Positions 12,001-24,785 of a stretch of DNA of 64,000 nt are shown one piece after another. A program made the position numbers and the translations under genes. The first letter of the stretch is position 1, and every line of letters starts with the position of its first letter. The notes beneath the pieces were generated by a model. That model was given only the letters and a program-made list of their open reading frames with translations. It searched no databases and had not been told where the DNA came from. The DNA comes from Rhina ancylostomus (Eukaryota): NCBI GenBank assembly GCA_030265395.1, contig JARFYF010000063.1:21547805-21611804 (forward strand), given 5' to 3'.

Positions 12001-15000
12001 ATAAACCAACAGCTGTCTCTAGGGCTGCAACCCTTCTGGTCTTGGTATCAGGTACAAGAGAAATCAAGAGCTTTTCCTTTAGGTGAAAGCCTTGGTGCTT
12101 TTGATAAGGGCCATAATCCAGCACCTTAAATTTTCCAGTTTTGAGGAAAGCACATGCTCAGTATTAAATACCATGGATGCATATAACACACACATCCATA
12201 ATCTCTCATTTTACTGTTTCTTGAATGATTAGACAGGGAGAGGGCATCCATGTGCCTCTTTCTGCCCCCAGCTGTGCACACCCTTGTCAGATGCAATAAC
12301 ATAGGCCCCAGTCTATCCATCTACTGAAACAATTACAAAAATTGCAATTTATTTTTTATCAATGTTATTCATCAGATTACTTTTTGACCTGCTTTTTCCT
12401 CAACAGGCATTGCAGCGATGATAATGAACGCTGACCCTAACATCACGGTATCTGAATTACGCCAGAGATTAATTCATTATTCCACAAAGAAAGCAATCAA
12501 TGACATCTGGTTTCCAGAGGAACTACGCCTAGTCACGCCCAACAGAATTGCAAGATTGGCTTTGCCTGCACTAACAGGTGAGTGAACAGTAAATACTGAT
12601 ACAGTTGTGAAAGTTCCAGTGTAATCTGTTTATATTAATCTTAAAAAGTAGTCAGAGTACAGAATTCTAACCTGTAAATTAGCATGTATTATTAGTAATC
12701 TGTTGTACTATTGCTGAATTACATCTGGCAAACAAAAAGAACGTAGAACAGGACAGGACAGGACAGCACAGGAACAGGCCCATGATGTCTGCTTCAAACA
12801 CAATGCTGAATTAAACTAAATCTCTTCTGTCTGTACACGATCCATATCCCTCCATTCCCTACAATGATTGAGGAGATTCTCAATAGTTTACAAGTAAATG
12901 ATATGCTGAATCTATACTGAAGTTCTCTGAGGAATGAACAGAACTTCCCAGCAGTTTAAGGTTACATCTTTATTAGTCACATGTACATCAAAACACAGAG
13001 TGAAATGCATCTTTTTCCATAGTGCTCTGGGGGCAGCCCGCAAGGTCACCATGCTTCCAGCACCAACATAGCATGCCCACAACTTCCTAACCTGTACATC
13101 TTTGGAATGTAGGAGGAAACCAGAGCACCCAGGGGAAACCCACGCAGACACGGGGAGAACGTACAAACTCCTTACAGACAATGGTCGGATTTAACCTGGG
13201 TCGCTGGTGCTGTAAAGCATTACGCTAACCGCTACACTACCATGCCTGGGGTCTGTGGGATTAGCATGCATTATCACCTCCTCTAATCACTTCTCAGTCA
13301 CACCCTTATAACAAAAGGAAATATAGAACATATAGCAAGGCTGTTAAATGATGTGCCATCTGTTCACAGAGAACCAGCTGTTGTGCCGGACAGTGTGGTC
13401 GAAGAGGTCGGGGCTCACACACGCAGCCAAGGCTATAGCGTACTGTAGCAAGAGTGAGGAAATGTTCAGCTGTTCAAGTTTCTCGAAGAATGGAAAGAGA
13501 AGAGGGGAACATATAGAGGTAAAATAAATGGAGAAAGTTTACATTGGAACATGTAGATCATGAATTCAATTTGTAATGACACAATAGAGAGGAGGGCGTA
13601 CATAAAGGCAAGGGGAAATGAGAGCTGAGAACAGTGTTAGAACAAGATTAATGAATGCTATAAGAATGGCAAATGTGCTCTAAATTGGGTTAAAAGAAGA
13701 GGACAGATCATAACACACAATGGTAAAATATCTGGCTAAATAACAGAAGTACCATCTTCCCTTGATCAAAAAAAAATCTAGAATGGGGCCTTAATAAATC
13801 AGAGCAATTTCAGAGAATTGGATACAGCTTAATGGTGGTGAGTAGTAGATCAGGACACAGCACATTGTGTGCCCTGGCTGCCCAACCAGTTTTACACTCC
13901 ATCTTCCCAATGAGGCCGTTCATTATTATGATGATTATTAAGTTGCTAATCTTTCTAATATGTAGCACCTGGATCCTGCCCAAAATCACCGTCCATCAGG
14001 AAAGGATGAGTGGACAGAAATTCTGCAGCCGCAAACCTTTCAGTTTTGATATTTCTTCTTCATGTCTCAAGCTCGATTGGTCATGTGTTGTATTAACCCC
14101 CCCCCCCCCCAGCTACTGGAAAGTATAATCAGAGTGCTGGGTGCACTTCTNNNNNNNNNNNNNNNNNNNNNNNNNNNNNNNNNNNNNNNNNNNNNNNNNN
14201 NNNNNNNNNNNNNNNNNNNNNNNNNNNNNNNNNNNNNNNNNNNNNNNNNNTCCTTGAGGATCGATTCCAATAACTTTCCAACCACCGATGTCAGACTAAT
14301 AGGTCTGTAATTTCCTTTATGCTGCCTTCCACCCTTCTTATACGGCAGAACTACATTTGTGACCCTCCAGTCCTCCAGAACCATGCCGGAGTCTATGGAT
14401 TCCAGGAAAATGATCATTTATTTGGAGAAGACTGTTTACAACAATGCAAATAGATTAACAGCAGAAGATTATAGTTAAATTAGGGGTAAGGTCTTATTCT
14501 ACAATAACATTTGCAGAAGAGTGCCCACTCCAGATTTATTATAAAGATACACTTCGAGAAAACAGGCTTCAAGATGGTAGTGGTAACATCAGATTTAAGA
14601 ATTTTCAAACCTGAACATTTTTAGAGCTGCCAGACTATACTGCACTAATTGCATTTAACATGACGACAACCATGCACAGTCCAACACCAACTTCAAAGTG
14701 TGGATTAGAAATAATTCCTGAAACAACTGCAGTGGCAATTTTATGTAGTCCTGGTCGTTTGTTTCCTTGCAAATTAAATCCTCTTTGTAATATATATATC
14801 CTAGGAAGACCAAGGCAAGAAGAAGTGCATAGCTCACAATGCCTTTGGCAGTCATGGAGTTTATGCAATTGCCAGGTGCTGCACTTGGCCAAGAGCTGAA
14901 TGTCTCATCAATGCAAGTTCAGTGGCTAATGATGGCACCACACAAATGGCAGGCTGTCCACACAAGGATTATGTCCTCACTGGTAAGCAATGTTCTGAGA

Positions 15001-17395
15001 AATGTGGCTGCATGGAAGGGAGAGATGTCCTGATTCCGACATCTAAACAATCAAGTTCAAATGTTAGCAATGCATCCAAATTGCCCAGCAGGTGAGTTTT
15101 ACAAATAGTTTGTCAAGAAGCAGGAGTGGATAATTGCACCAAATGGTGTGCAGGTTCCAGATTCAACTCTCAATCTGCAATGAGCTTAAGTACTGGCCTC
15201 GCCATAATTCCCACAAATGGATTATGAGGGTGTCTGTTTGCACTTCCTGTTTAGCAACCTCCCATTGGAAGGGAAATTGAGGCCTCCAGGATCTTCTGGG
15301 GTTAGGCATCACGTTGGTCAACTTTGTTGAACAATTGTGAATGGTCAATGCCCATGTGGTGGTGAGATAGGGTTAAATCTCAGAACACTAGAGATGAAAT
15401 TGATCAATGGATAATGAGATAGATGTTAGTTAAATTCTATGCATATATATTTGGACTTTGACAATTAGATGAAAACACATCATATGAGAATTTTCCAAAC
15501 AGAAGAGGTAGCATTTAGATAGAAACTGATCTTCAGATACACCACATTAAAGCTAGTGATGGTGGTGACCCTTGGATTAAATGACACGGGTTTATGGGTC
15601 TGTGTGGTTCATCAAACTGGCATTCTGAAGATCTTGAAAATCACAGATCTATAGACATCTGAAATAAAACAAAATACTGGAAACACCCAGCAGGTCAGGC
15701 AGAAATGCATGGGGAAAGAAATAACTGTCTTAGATTAAATAATTTTGAGTATTTTTAGCCATAAATGCTGTCTGACCTGTTGGCAGCTTCCGGCATTTTC
15801 TGTTTCTAATTATGAAGATTTTACCTTTGCTGTAGCCTCCGGCTTTGAAATTTCAGGAGGTCAGAGAGGGGAAGGAATTATTCTGGAGTACAGAGAGAGA
15901 AAATCAGGCTCTTACCAAACCCCTTGAATGATTTACAGAACAACATGTGGGAAGGACAAATAGAGAAAAATAGTTATGGAAGACAGAGCTGAGATGTGAG
16001 GCATTGTCCAACTTCTTGAATCATAATTAAATTGTACTTTTTAAAAAAAAAACTATTAACCTTTTATATTTTGCATGGATGGAACATATTCCCTCAGAGT
16101 TCCTGACGTTCTGCAGAGTTGTAGGTAGTGGGAGGGAACCTGACGTATTTCATTAACATAGGGTCTTCACAGTCTGTACAGAAAAATCCCTGTGAAAGAT
16201 ATGATGACAAACACATACTGCAGAGCTTTAGAAAATCTTAAAGTACATGCTACATGTACAGTCCTGCTTATCTATATTAATACTGTTTTAAGGATGCTTT
16301 GACTAACTTTCCAATGCAGGCAAAGGTAGATTAGGAAAGTGACTCTGGAAATAAATAAACCTATTGTTTGCAGGCTGCAGCTCACATTCCTTTTCAACAT
16401 TCAGTGATACAACAATGCCTCAAGCAAACAAGAATTGTCTTGGGCAAAAGGAGACAACCTCGCATGCCACCTGTTGCCAAGCTCCAAGTCTTGAGTGCAA
16501 GGTGAAGGAACAACGTTCTACAGGCCAAGTGGAAAAGGTAAATCTATATTCTAAACATTCAATGTTCTTTTTAAAGTCTTTACTGTAGGGATTACCATAA
16601 TTCCCAGGGTAATATGACAGGAAATGGAAGTGGGATTATAAAACATTTCCATTGTTAAAGTAGATTTCTGTCAGAAACAGAACAACACAACTTTCAATCC
16701 CAAGATTGTTTTCTAAACATTGTTAAATGGATTTGCAAAAATGATGCAATTATCAGGCAAGTAGTTAAGACCATTGACTTGGATCAACTATTAACCATTG
16801 GTTCCCTGGGAGACAGCAGCAGTATACATGCTTGTCATTTGCCAATGCTCTTAGAGATGACTAGATGTATAAAAACCAGAAGTACCAATAAGTTCCAATC
16901 AATAAATATCTTGCTTGAATATTTTACATTTCCTTCTGAAGGGAATTACAAAGGATTGTGGAAATGATTCTTAATTTAAAATAGTATTCAGGAACTTTGG
17001 TTTTAGTTTGTTTACTTGGTTTATATTAGTTTGACTGGGCCATCCTGTAATTTTAAAAGTAAAAATTTGACTTAGCCTGATCCTATGATTTCTATTGGCC
17101 ACTTAAAATAGGGCTCGATACACAAGATGATTTATTCCCTCAGGCAGGAGTTTGTAAAATGTTTCTTGTCCACACTGATAGGTTTGTTGATCTGTGCTTT
17201 AATTTTCAGGTGTTGGTGTCATGTGATGAAGGCTGGACCCTGACTGGGTGCAGTGCATACTCCCATGGGTCTCACACTCATGGAGCATATGCCGTGGACA
17301 ACACTTGCATGGTAATTTACTCAGGAAAGGGGAAAGGTGCTGCAGCCATTGGCATTTGCTGCCGGAAGAGAAGAGGAGGACTGAAGTCTGAGTAA
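2621..17395 (+). CDS. PCSK9: Proprotein convertase subtilisin/kexin type 9 (whole gene span, 12 coding exons, ~664 aa assuming a 192-nt exon 2)
   Basis: Manually spliced GT-AG exons give a signal peptide, prodomain ending SLFAQ, subtilase domain (YLLDTS, DSHGTH, AAAGN, SGTSQAA) and three Cys-rich modules; exon phases are consistent; USP24 lies tail-to-tail as in human. Confidence 0.97.
4017..4140. repeat. Short inverted pair of Penelope-type terminal repeats
   Basis: gctggaggaactcagcggg ... cccactgagttcgtccggc. Confidence 0.55.
4595..4785 (+). mobile_element. tRNA-derived V-SINE (HE1-like)
   Basis: B-box ggttcaattccc and V-core tgtctgcgtgggtttcctccgggtgctccggtttcctcccaca. Confidence 0.85.
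5010..5935 (+). mobile_element. CR1 LINE 3' fragment, decayed
   Basis: KFA-D-like start, tgtgaggttatccacttt, MQLYR..WNTV segment, CR1-type 3' tail ggcctcctcct. Confidence 0.75.
6443..6653 (+). CDS. PCSK9: PCSK9 exon 2 (prodomain), mostly inside an N gap
   Basis: Acceptor ttgtatttccag then ACT GGT TG(n) = T-G-W (human DPW) before the gap; ATG|gtaaag donor right after the gap; the span is close to the expected ~192 nt. Confidence 0.7.
7345..7725 (+). mobile_element. Deu-domain SINE (SacSINE1/AmnSINE-like)
   Basis: gacactccag..cagtactgagggaatgct, gattatctgatcatatt..attgct, caacagtgactacatttca..cattggttgtaaag; ends ~70 bp before PCSK9 exon 3. Confidence 0.7.
7794..7917 (+). CDS. PCSK9: PCSK9 exon 3 (autocleavage site SLFAQ/TVP)
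   Basis: cag|[41 protein letters not shown]|gtgagt; 124 nt. Confidence 0.96.
8272..8297. repeat. (TA)n microsatellite
   Basis: Direct reading. Confidence 0.95.
8364..8497 (+). CDS. PCSK9: PCSK9 exon 4 (catalytic Asp)
   Basis: tag|(N)[44 protein letters not shown]|gtaact; 134 nt; not in the ORF track, translated by hand. Confidence 0.96.
8971..9007. repeat. (AC)n microsatellite
   Basis: Direct reading. Confidence 0.95.
9594..9735 (+). CDS. PCSK9: PCSK9 exon 5 (catalytic His)
   Basis: cag|[47 protein letters not shown](G)|gtgagt; 142 nt. Confidence 0.97.
10549..10745 (+). CDS. PCSK9: PCSK9 exon 6 (oxyanion Asn)
   Basis: tag|[65 protein letters not shown]|gtatgt; 197 nt. Confidence 0.97.
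11331..11514 (+). CDS. PCSK9: PCSK9 exon 7 (catalytic Ser, LDLR-binding strand)
   Basis: cag|[61 protein letters not shown](G)|gtacag; 184 nt. Confidence 0.97.
11669..11836. repeat. 71-bp inverted repeat (head-to-head Penelope-type termini, MITE-like)
   Basis: Arms 11669-11739 and 11766-11836, about 7 mismatches by hand count. Confidence 0.85.
12407..12577 (+). CDS. PCSK9: PCSK9 exon 8 (end of catalytic domain, hinge)
   Basis: cag|[56 protein letters not shown]|gtgagt; 171 nt. Confidence 0.95.
12968..13247 (-). mobile_element. V-SINE (HE1-like)
   Basis: ggaggaaaccagagcacccaggggaaacccacgcagacacgggg is the reverse complement of the V-core; tRNA-like head near 13200-13245. Confidence 0.85.
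13370..13518 (+). CDS. PCSK9: PCSK9 exon 9 (C-terminal domain module M1)
   Basis: cag|(E)[49 protein letters not shown]|gtaaaa; 149 nt. Confidence 0.95.
14251..14417 (-). mobile_element. CR1 LINE RT fragment
   Basis: [39 protein letters not shown]. Confidence 0.85.
14805..14982 (+). CDS. PCSK9: PCSK9 exon 10 (M1/M2)
   Basis: tag|[59 protein letters not shown](G)|gtaagc; 178 nt. Confidence 0.95.
16374..16537 (+). CDS. PCSK9: PCSK9 exon 11 (M2/M3)
   Basis: cag|[54 protein letters not shown]|gtaaat; 164 nt. Confidence 0.94.
17210..17395 (+). CDS. PCSK9: PCSK9 exon 12 coding part (M3 and stop)
   Basis: cag|[61 protein letters not shown]; TAA at 17393-17395. Confidence 0.96.
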   Translation: MLVSCDEGWTLTGCSAYSHGSHTHGAYAVDNTCMVIYSGKGKGAAAIGICCRKRRGGLKSE

Positions 17396-17835
17396 AATAT
17401 GCCCATTGGATTGTTCCCTCATCCCCTCTCACCAACTTTATATACTTCCCTTCTTTCTTGCAGGCAGGCAATCTTGCTGTGGTTTAGTCTATAGGAAAGG
17501 ACAGCTTTCACCCAGCTCAGAAAGCCAAGGTTGATGTAATCAGGGCAAGTACTAGTGAACTGCTTTCTCTGACAGCTGAGCTCACTCAATCCCATCTTCA
17601 AATTAGTATATAGTTTACAGCAAGTGGAAGAAACTGGCCAAATTCCCCAACCCTTCTGTCTGGCTGAACAAAGCTCAGGTAATGTCATATGACTATAGCT
17701 GATTTGATTTACTTTCCTTTCGGGAAGCTGCTTCTTTGTTTAAAACTTTCTTACTGAGGCACTGTAAACCTGTAAATAGTTTTACAAGAGCATGTCAACA
17801 TTAACACAATAATGATTAGGTTTGTTCAATCTTCA

Positions 17836-17841
17836 AATAAA
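17836..17841 (+). terminator. Candidate proximal poly(A) signal of PCSK9
   Basis: First AATAAA I found after the stop codon (~440 nt downstream). Confidence 0.35.
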
Positions 17842-19485
17842 AACTCTCACACTATCTGATGACCACTGAATGCAGCTGGGATGACAGAAATTCACTGTAG
17901 TATCCAGTCACTCCAGAGCAAACATGTAAAGTTTGCACATGTAGTATTTTGGTGTACCGAAGCCTGTGGGCCTTCATTTACCCTATTCCCAAAATCACAG
18001 CCAAGTTTATTTAAAATAATTTGTTTGCAGCCAAAACAGCACATAATGTTGTACCATTCTTGTTCCAACACATAGGATAATCCTTCAACTGGATGATTCA
18101 GGGAGAGTTAAAACTAAGAAACTGTTTCTTCAGTACATCATGCTTGTTTGAAGAATTATGCCATTGAAATAATTAAACATTTTATCTTAAAACTTAAATC
18201 ATAATTGCCACTTTTCCTGCACTAGTATTTGAAGTTACACCACGCTATCTGGCATCCAATAAGTCATGTGACTCAGTGAAACCCAAAAATAAAAGTGACA
18301 CAGCCACACAAATGATAGAAACATTTTATCATTTTGGCTGGATGGGGAAAAGACACGAGATTTCAACAATATTTCATTTCTTCATTGAATACCTGATGTC
18401 CTCTCTCCTAAATTATGCTGGGGGAAAAAAGCAACATTAAGGAGGTACAAGGTTATTAGCACCCCTGAAGAGGGAGAGAACAGATGAAATATAAAGGACC
18501 AAAGACAAAAATCATAGTAATTACAATTTTCTTTATGCTCAAAGTTTGTAATTATGTCAGAATAAAACACTATAAAGAACCTGCATTTATACTCCAAGAA
18601 ACAGTGAAAACTCCCAATTTTATTGCTCACTTTGTACTTTTGATGTTGTTTATTAGACACCAATCTTTATGCACTTCAAGGATTTTCCTCTCGAGGAGCT
18701 CATTTGCTTCCCAAACAGAAACAAATCCACTGCTCTGTGACATGATTCAGAAAGGTGAATGTCTCTTATCCGTTATTTCTATTCTTAGGCACCCATTACC
18801 ATAGAATGGTCTTAAGCACTTCCAACAGCCTTTAATACTCAGTCATCTTGCAAATGCTTGAGACTAGGGGAAGACGACGTGAGGTATCAGTGTAATGCGT
18901 GTCCAATCACACCTTTTAAATGGGCAGATCATAACTATAATTCCTGAGTATGAGGCTGGGGTTTCTGGAATAGTAAGGCCCCAGGTTTTGATGTGTACGC
19001 AATTTTTCCCAATTGCACTGGACAAAGGACATGAAAGATTCCAAGTTTTTACTGGAATTGATTGAATACAGAATGTAATTATGGCATCTAATTAAATTTT
19101 GCATACATGAAGAAATTTGCTTTCATTGGAATAGAACCTCATTCCTTAGTGGGGGAGATCCAAGTAATCAATACTTCTAATTCACATTTTAATAGATGAT
19201 GGAAGATTAAAGGTGGTAGCTGAACTGAAATATATTGCTTTGCAAAGTGCTGAATTTCTTACCTGCATTATAACCTTATAGACATTCCTGTCCACTGTAC
19301 ATGAATGAAAGGGATACTACATCTATCCAGTAGTAAAATCATCATGTATAGACATAGAACATTAGTGCCAAAGTATTTCAAAATCCCACCAGATTTTATT
19401 GCTACTAACATCTGTAAATATTTTTGAGAATGTACAATGATTTTATACTTTTTCATACTGTTATGTATACGTAACACATTTTATT

Positions 19486-19491
19486 AATAAA
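19486..19491 (+). terminator. Candidate distal poly(A) signal of PCSK9
   Basis: AATAAA preceded by T-rich sequence and TGTA motifs and followed by ttgtgt. Confidence 0.35.
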
Positions 19492-19627
19492 GCTAAAACT
19501 CCATTGTGTAAAGGAAATTGTCACCTATTGCCTTCACCAGAGATAGACTTACAATACCAAGATAAATTGCATTTAGTTTTAAGTGATGCTGCAAAAAAAT
19601 ATTGATTAATGTTAAGACATAATTAAT

Positions 19628-19755
19628 GTGACAAGAAGAGACTGCAGATGCTAGAGCAAAAAACAAGCTGCTGGAGGACCTCAGCGGGTCAGGCAGCATC
19701 TGCAGAGGGAAATGAATAGATGATGTCTTGGGTTGAGACCCTTCACATGGACTGA
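19628..19755 (-). repeat. Penelope-type terminal repeat fragment
   Basis: gagactgcagatgct..gctggaggacctcagcgggtcaggcagcatctg..ggttgagacccttc. Confidence 0.7.
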
Positions 19756-20859
19756 AATTTGTAAATGCCTTTGGTATATTTCAGTGTCAAGATAGCAGTT
19801 ACATGAGTTGATTAAAACAATCCTGTGCCTAATAATGTGGCCAAAACTTAGAAAATCAAAACTTTTTCAAGCCTTTATATACTACAATCAAGTAGTGCTT
19901 CACATGGAGGTAGTCTTCTTTGCTCCAAGCTGTCCTTCTGATGACTGTGTTTGGCAATTATATAAAATTGCATGTAAGTAGTCCACAGAACAATGCTTCA
20001 TGTTTTGGGCAGGACTATTGTGTGACCACTCAACTTGGATCTGAATTGAACCACAAATGGAATTTTTTTTTCCCCTCAAGTTGCACACAAAAGAATTTGT
20101 ACTATCACAGTCCCACAAAAAAGACACATCTACAAAAGAGAAGCTAGTATTCTGCTTCTTTTAAAACCAGGTCAAAGTGCAACTTCAGGATTGAAAACTT
20201 TCAGACACAAGGGATATACTATCGGAAAGGCTTTTGCTTGCAACTTAGATTCTTGTTCACACACTAGCTTTTTTTTTGTGGCTTAGGAATCTAGATTGAC
20301 AATTCAGGTTCCAAGATCAGGGCTGTGTTTTGGCTTGACATTTACCTTTCATCACGAAGCAACTAAATTTTTTTTTATCTGAATGCTGGACGCAAGACCT
20401 GCTATTCATTAAAAAACTGCTTGTACATTATGTTCTAATTAAAGCAAACTTAAATGTCAGTAAAGCTGGTTGTGATGTCTCAAGGACATGAAAGGATGGT
20501 AAATACAAGTTCCTGCTTTCTTTGCAGTCAAAAGCACTATCTTCCAACAAAAAAAAACTGGTGTCAAAAACAACTTGAGTACTTTTAACATAGAGGAAGA
20601 AAATCAGTTATAAGGGAAGGGTTACTTAAAAGCTAAATTAGATAATGGATTTTAGCAGGTCTGCAAGGATTGAAAGGTAGTGAGAAGGAAGGATTTATGT
20701 CGGGACTTCTAATCAATAAGACCTAAAGAGTCAAAGGCAAAGTACAATAGAGTAGAGGAATGGAGAAATTAAGATGCCGGGGTTATCTAAGACTATAGTA
20801 CAAAAATGACATTTCTAAACAGCATATCCATCTACAATGGAGCTAAAAGCCTCTAAAGC

Positions 20860-21604
20860 ATTATCACATAAATGTTAACAAAAATTATGGAAAATCAGGG
20901 CAATGATCAAAAGTTTGGTTAAAGCTGGTTTCTAGGAATAACAGAGAGATAGAACTCCACAGCTTAGGGTTTGGAGGCTGAAGTCACAACAGGCAATAGT
21001 GGAAAATTAGATTTGGTTAACCAGGAGACCAGATCTACTAAGAGAAAAGTTGGGGGGGGGGGGGGGGGCCCAAGGNNNNNNNNNNCCCCCCCCCCCCCCC
21101 ACAAAGGTGTAAAGTCAAAGAGGGATTTTAAAATAAAGTTGACAATTTTAAAATTAAGGAATTGGTAAACCAGGAAAGGATGATAGTTTGCATGAGATTC
21201 AGTGTAAAGGAATGAACAGTTTTAGTTGACTTCAAGTTAATGGAGAGTGGACTGGGGTAAGCCATTCAATGCAATCGAATATCTAAGACTGAAGGCAACA
21301 AAGGGTATAGATAGGAGTTGCAGCAGATGAGCTGAGGAAGGGGCCAAGTTGGAACTAACTGTAAATGCAAATAGGTGGTCCACGTAAATGGTATGAATGT
21401 GTGGCAAGAAGCTCAGGACGTGATTAAATATATGTCATCAAGGTCACGAAATGTCCGAATCATTTTCAGACAGCTGCCAGGGAGATGGATGGAATCAATA
21501 GCCAAGAATGAAGACAGTGATTTCAGTATTCCTAAATTTGGGTGGAAGGAATTCCTGCTTCCCCAGTGCCAAGAGTTGGACAAGCAGTCTGACAAGTTAG
21601 GTGT
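20860..21604 (-). mobile_element. Old L2-type LINE fragments
   Basis: Purine-rich decayed segments (aactccacagcttaggg, attttaaaattaagg, DCLSN.WH..SRNSF..NLG..KSL). Confidence 0.45.
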
Positions 21605-22007
21605 NNNNNNNNNNNNNNNNNNNNNNNNNNNNNNNNNNNNNNNNNNNNNNNNNNNNNNNNNNNNNNNNNNNNNNNNNNNNNNNNNNNNNNNNNNNNNNNN
21701 NNNNTAGCATAAGTACCTGGGTTTCTCTAGCACTAGTTGCCAGAGTATTGGTCAACCTTATGACTACACATAAGGCTGTAAATCTCCAGAGGACTGTGGG
21801 TTCTCAGTTTACCATCTCAAAAAAGGAATAACAGGTCAGGTAACCAAGAGAGAACATAACAAAGACAAAGAAAAGGCCAGGGTGAGGGGGAAGGGGGAGG
21901 GCATGAAACATTTTTTTAAAAAAATCACAACTTTAGTACTTTTTTCACTGAAGTTATGGTCGTCCCAGATTTTCAGTCATGATCTTGTTCTGCAACTCCA
22001 GAATAGT

Positions 22008-22330
22008 AACGGTGTAGTTAAGTTTTTGGACTTGTAACGATATGGAAATATACTTTCAAATCCCACCATAGTAGTTGGAGATTTGGAGTTCAGCTAATTA
22101 AATAAATTTTGGGATTTGTAAAGGTGACTATGTAACTATTGGACTGCTTCGATAAAACGGTTAATTAATACCTTCAGAGTTTGGGGAGGAAGTCTTTGCT
22201 CCATCTGGCCTACCTGCAACTGCAGGCCCACAGCACTATGGAAGTCTTTTAACTGACGTGACATGGCCAAGCATTCAGGAATGAGCTGCTTTAGCCAGCA
22301 AAGCACAGATTTTGTGAATGAATAAAAAAA
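22008..22330 (+). mobile_element. tRNA-derived SINE, decayed
   Basis: ggtgtagtt..ggacttgtaa..ttcaaatcccacca head and gtgaatgaataaaaaaa tail. Confidence 0.55.
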
Positions 22331-24639
22331 GTGACATCTCTATTTAAGTATGAGGAAATATAGCTACTACTTACACAAAGCCCATCAATCTAAATTTCCA
22401 CATCAACAAAAACATCCATTAGATATATTTTCAATCATGACATGTTATTTCTTCAGTGTCACAAGTTATACTCTAAGGTCTATGTTCTCAGTTGCTTCAC
22501 TTCCACACATTATAGACTACAAATGGACTAAAATGCCATCATAATGCGTCTGTTCCAACCATTTCACAGTTCCAACAAATAATATTTATCTCAGTCAGCA
22601 CTGTTACTGCTGGGGATTAAAATAAACAAGTGGAAAGAATTCATATTGTTTATAACAGTTGCGATGCCCTCTAAACAGACACCAGTGGATACTTATCTAC
22701 CACGTTAAAACACAGAGGACAGCAATGAACAGATAAAGTGTGATAAGTATTATGACAGAGAGCAGCATCTTGTTGCCAGCCAGTGAAAGTTTATGTGGCC
22801 TTCTTAATGTACAAATACACCAATTGCTCTCTGTGTATAAGCAACGTGAATTGGTCTCGATGATAGTGGCTTGTATTTATGAACCTCCTTTAAAATGATG
22901 AAATATTGAGATGCTTCTCAGAAGCATTATCAGATAAAGTTAGAAACAGACTCACATTGGGAGTCATTAGGTCTGATGGTCTTGGTCGAATGTCATTGGC
23001 CCTATTGCTTGGTCAAAGGGGCTGGTTATAAAGAGTGACAAGATATAGGCAGGTAGAGAGATTGATAGGAGAGGTTGTAAGAGGGAATCCCAAAACTTAG
23101 GTATTGGTATTGATTTATTTTTGTCACTTGTACTGAGATACAGTGATAAACTTGTCTTGCAAACCGATCGTACAGGTAAATTCATTACACGGTGCAGTTA
23201 CATTGAGTTAGTACAGAGTTCATTGATGTAGTCCAGGTAAACACAATAACAGTACAGAGTAAAGTGTCACAGCTACAGAGAAAGTGCAGTGCAAGGTCAC
23301 CACAAGGTAGATCATGAGGNNNNNNNNNNGTCCTTAAGTCTGGTGGTACGTGCCCTCAGTAGCTATAGACATGGCTGCCAACAATGGAACATTTAAATTC
23401 AAGGACTGAATTTAAATGAATTTAATTCAAGAGACAAGAAGATGGAGGTTTCAAATGGCTGTAAGGCTGAAGGAAATTACAGAAATGGACGGGGGTGGGG
23501 TCAGGGAGTGTGGAAAGGTTATGAAGAGATTGGAAAGCAAGAATGATAATCTTAAAAATCATTATACTGGTGACTGGGGTGTCGATGTACACCAATGAGC
23601 AGAGATGGCATTGGCGAGACAATGCAAGTTAGATAATGTGATGACCTCATGTTTACAGAAAGCGGACAGAGGGAGACAATCTGAGATTTATTGACTACAG
23701 GCAATAAAAGCATAATGAGCTTTCAGCAGCAGACGTGACAAGCCAGTCAGAGTCAGGTGATTTTACAAAAGAGGAAATAGGCAGTTTTAGTGATGGCACA
23801 GATATGTGCTTGAATGTTCAACTCAGCTTTCAGCACAACAGATATAGACACATTATCAGGTGGGATATTATTACAATTTCTCAACAAGGGATCCCCATCT
23901 TCAGATTTACTTCTGCACAGGGAGATTGAACCTACAAGATTCTTGGAAGCCTTTTACTGGTCAGGTTCAGAGGGTGTTGACAGAAGGTCAAATGTTGGCC
24001 TGCTTTCCTTCACTATTGGTGAAACTACATAACACAAGTAAACCCAACGGCAAGAAAACCTAGATATCACACCTCCTAAACTTGATTACCTTTTTTGAAT
24101 TAGTGTATTAGCAAATCAAAATATTGGGAGTTACAAAGGGACAGACAGCCATAAGTAAAAATCTACTGCACATCAGTTTCTACAGTGAGAACAAATACAA
24201 TCTGTATTGAATGACTCTGAATTTGTGGTTCCAGACTTAATATTCCCTGTATGTATTCTAGGGCTGAAAAANNNNNNNNNNCTTCTACATTGTGAAATAA
24301 AGTCCTGAACTGCCTTGTAAGCTGGAGTCAAGACTTATTGTTTTCACCCTGTGCTACCTCGATGCACTGTGTAATGAATTGACCTGTACGAATGGTATGC
24401 AAGATGTTTTTCACTGTAGCTCAGGACAAGTGACAATAATAAACCAATACTATTACCAATAAAAAAGAAAGCTGTATTTTGTGGAGTTTCTGTGCTTAAG
24501 TGTAGGAAAGTCATCCCTGATTCATTCATCTGGACTGATCATCATGATGCTGAGCTCCTCCAGCTTCTTGTTTGTGGCTCCAGAATGCAGCATCTGCAGT
24601 CTCTTGTGTCTCCAAAGACAAGGTGGAGCTCTGCACCAC

Positions 24640-24785
24640 TAAGAGAACTCCCTTGATCTTCTTCATAAGGATGTCATTAGACCTTTATATTCACCTTGGA
24701 GAGCAGATAACATCTGCTGTTCAGAAGTCACACCTCCAACAGTGCAGCACTCCCTCAGTACCAATGCAGTGAGAACCTAAATCTT
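24640..24785 (-). mobile_element. Deu-domain SINE fragment
   Basis: ctccaacagtgcagcactccctcagtac is the reverse complement of the Deu-SINE core. Confidence 0.6.
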
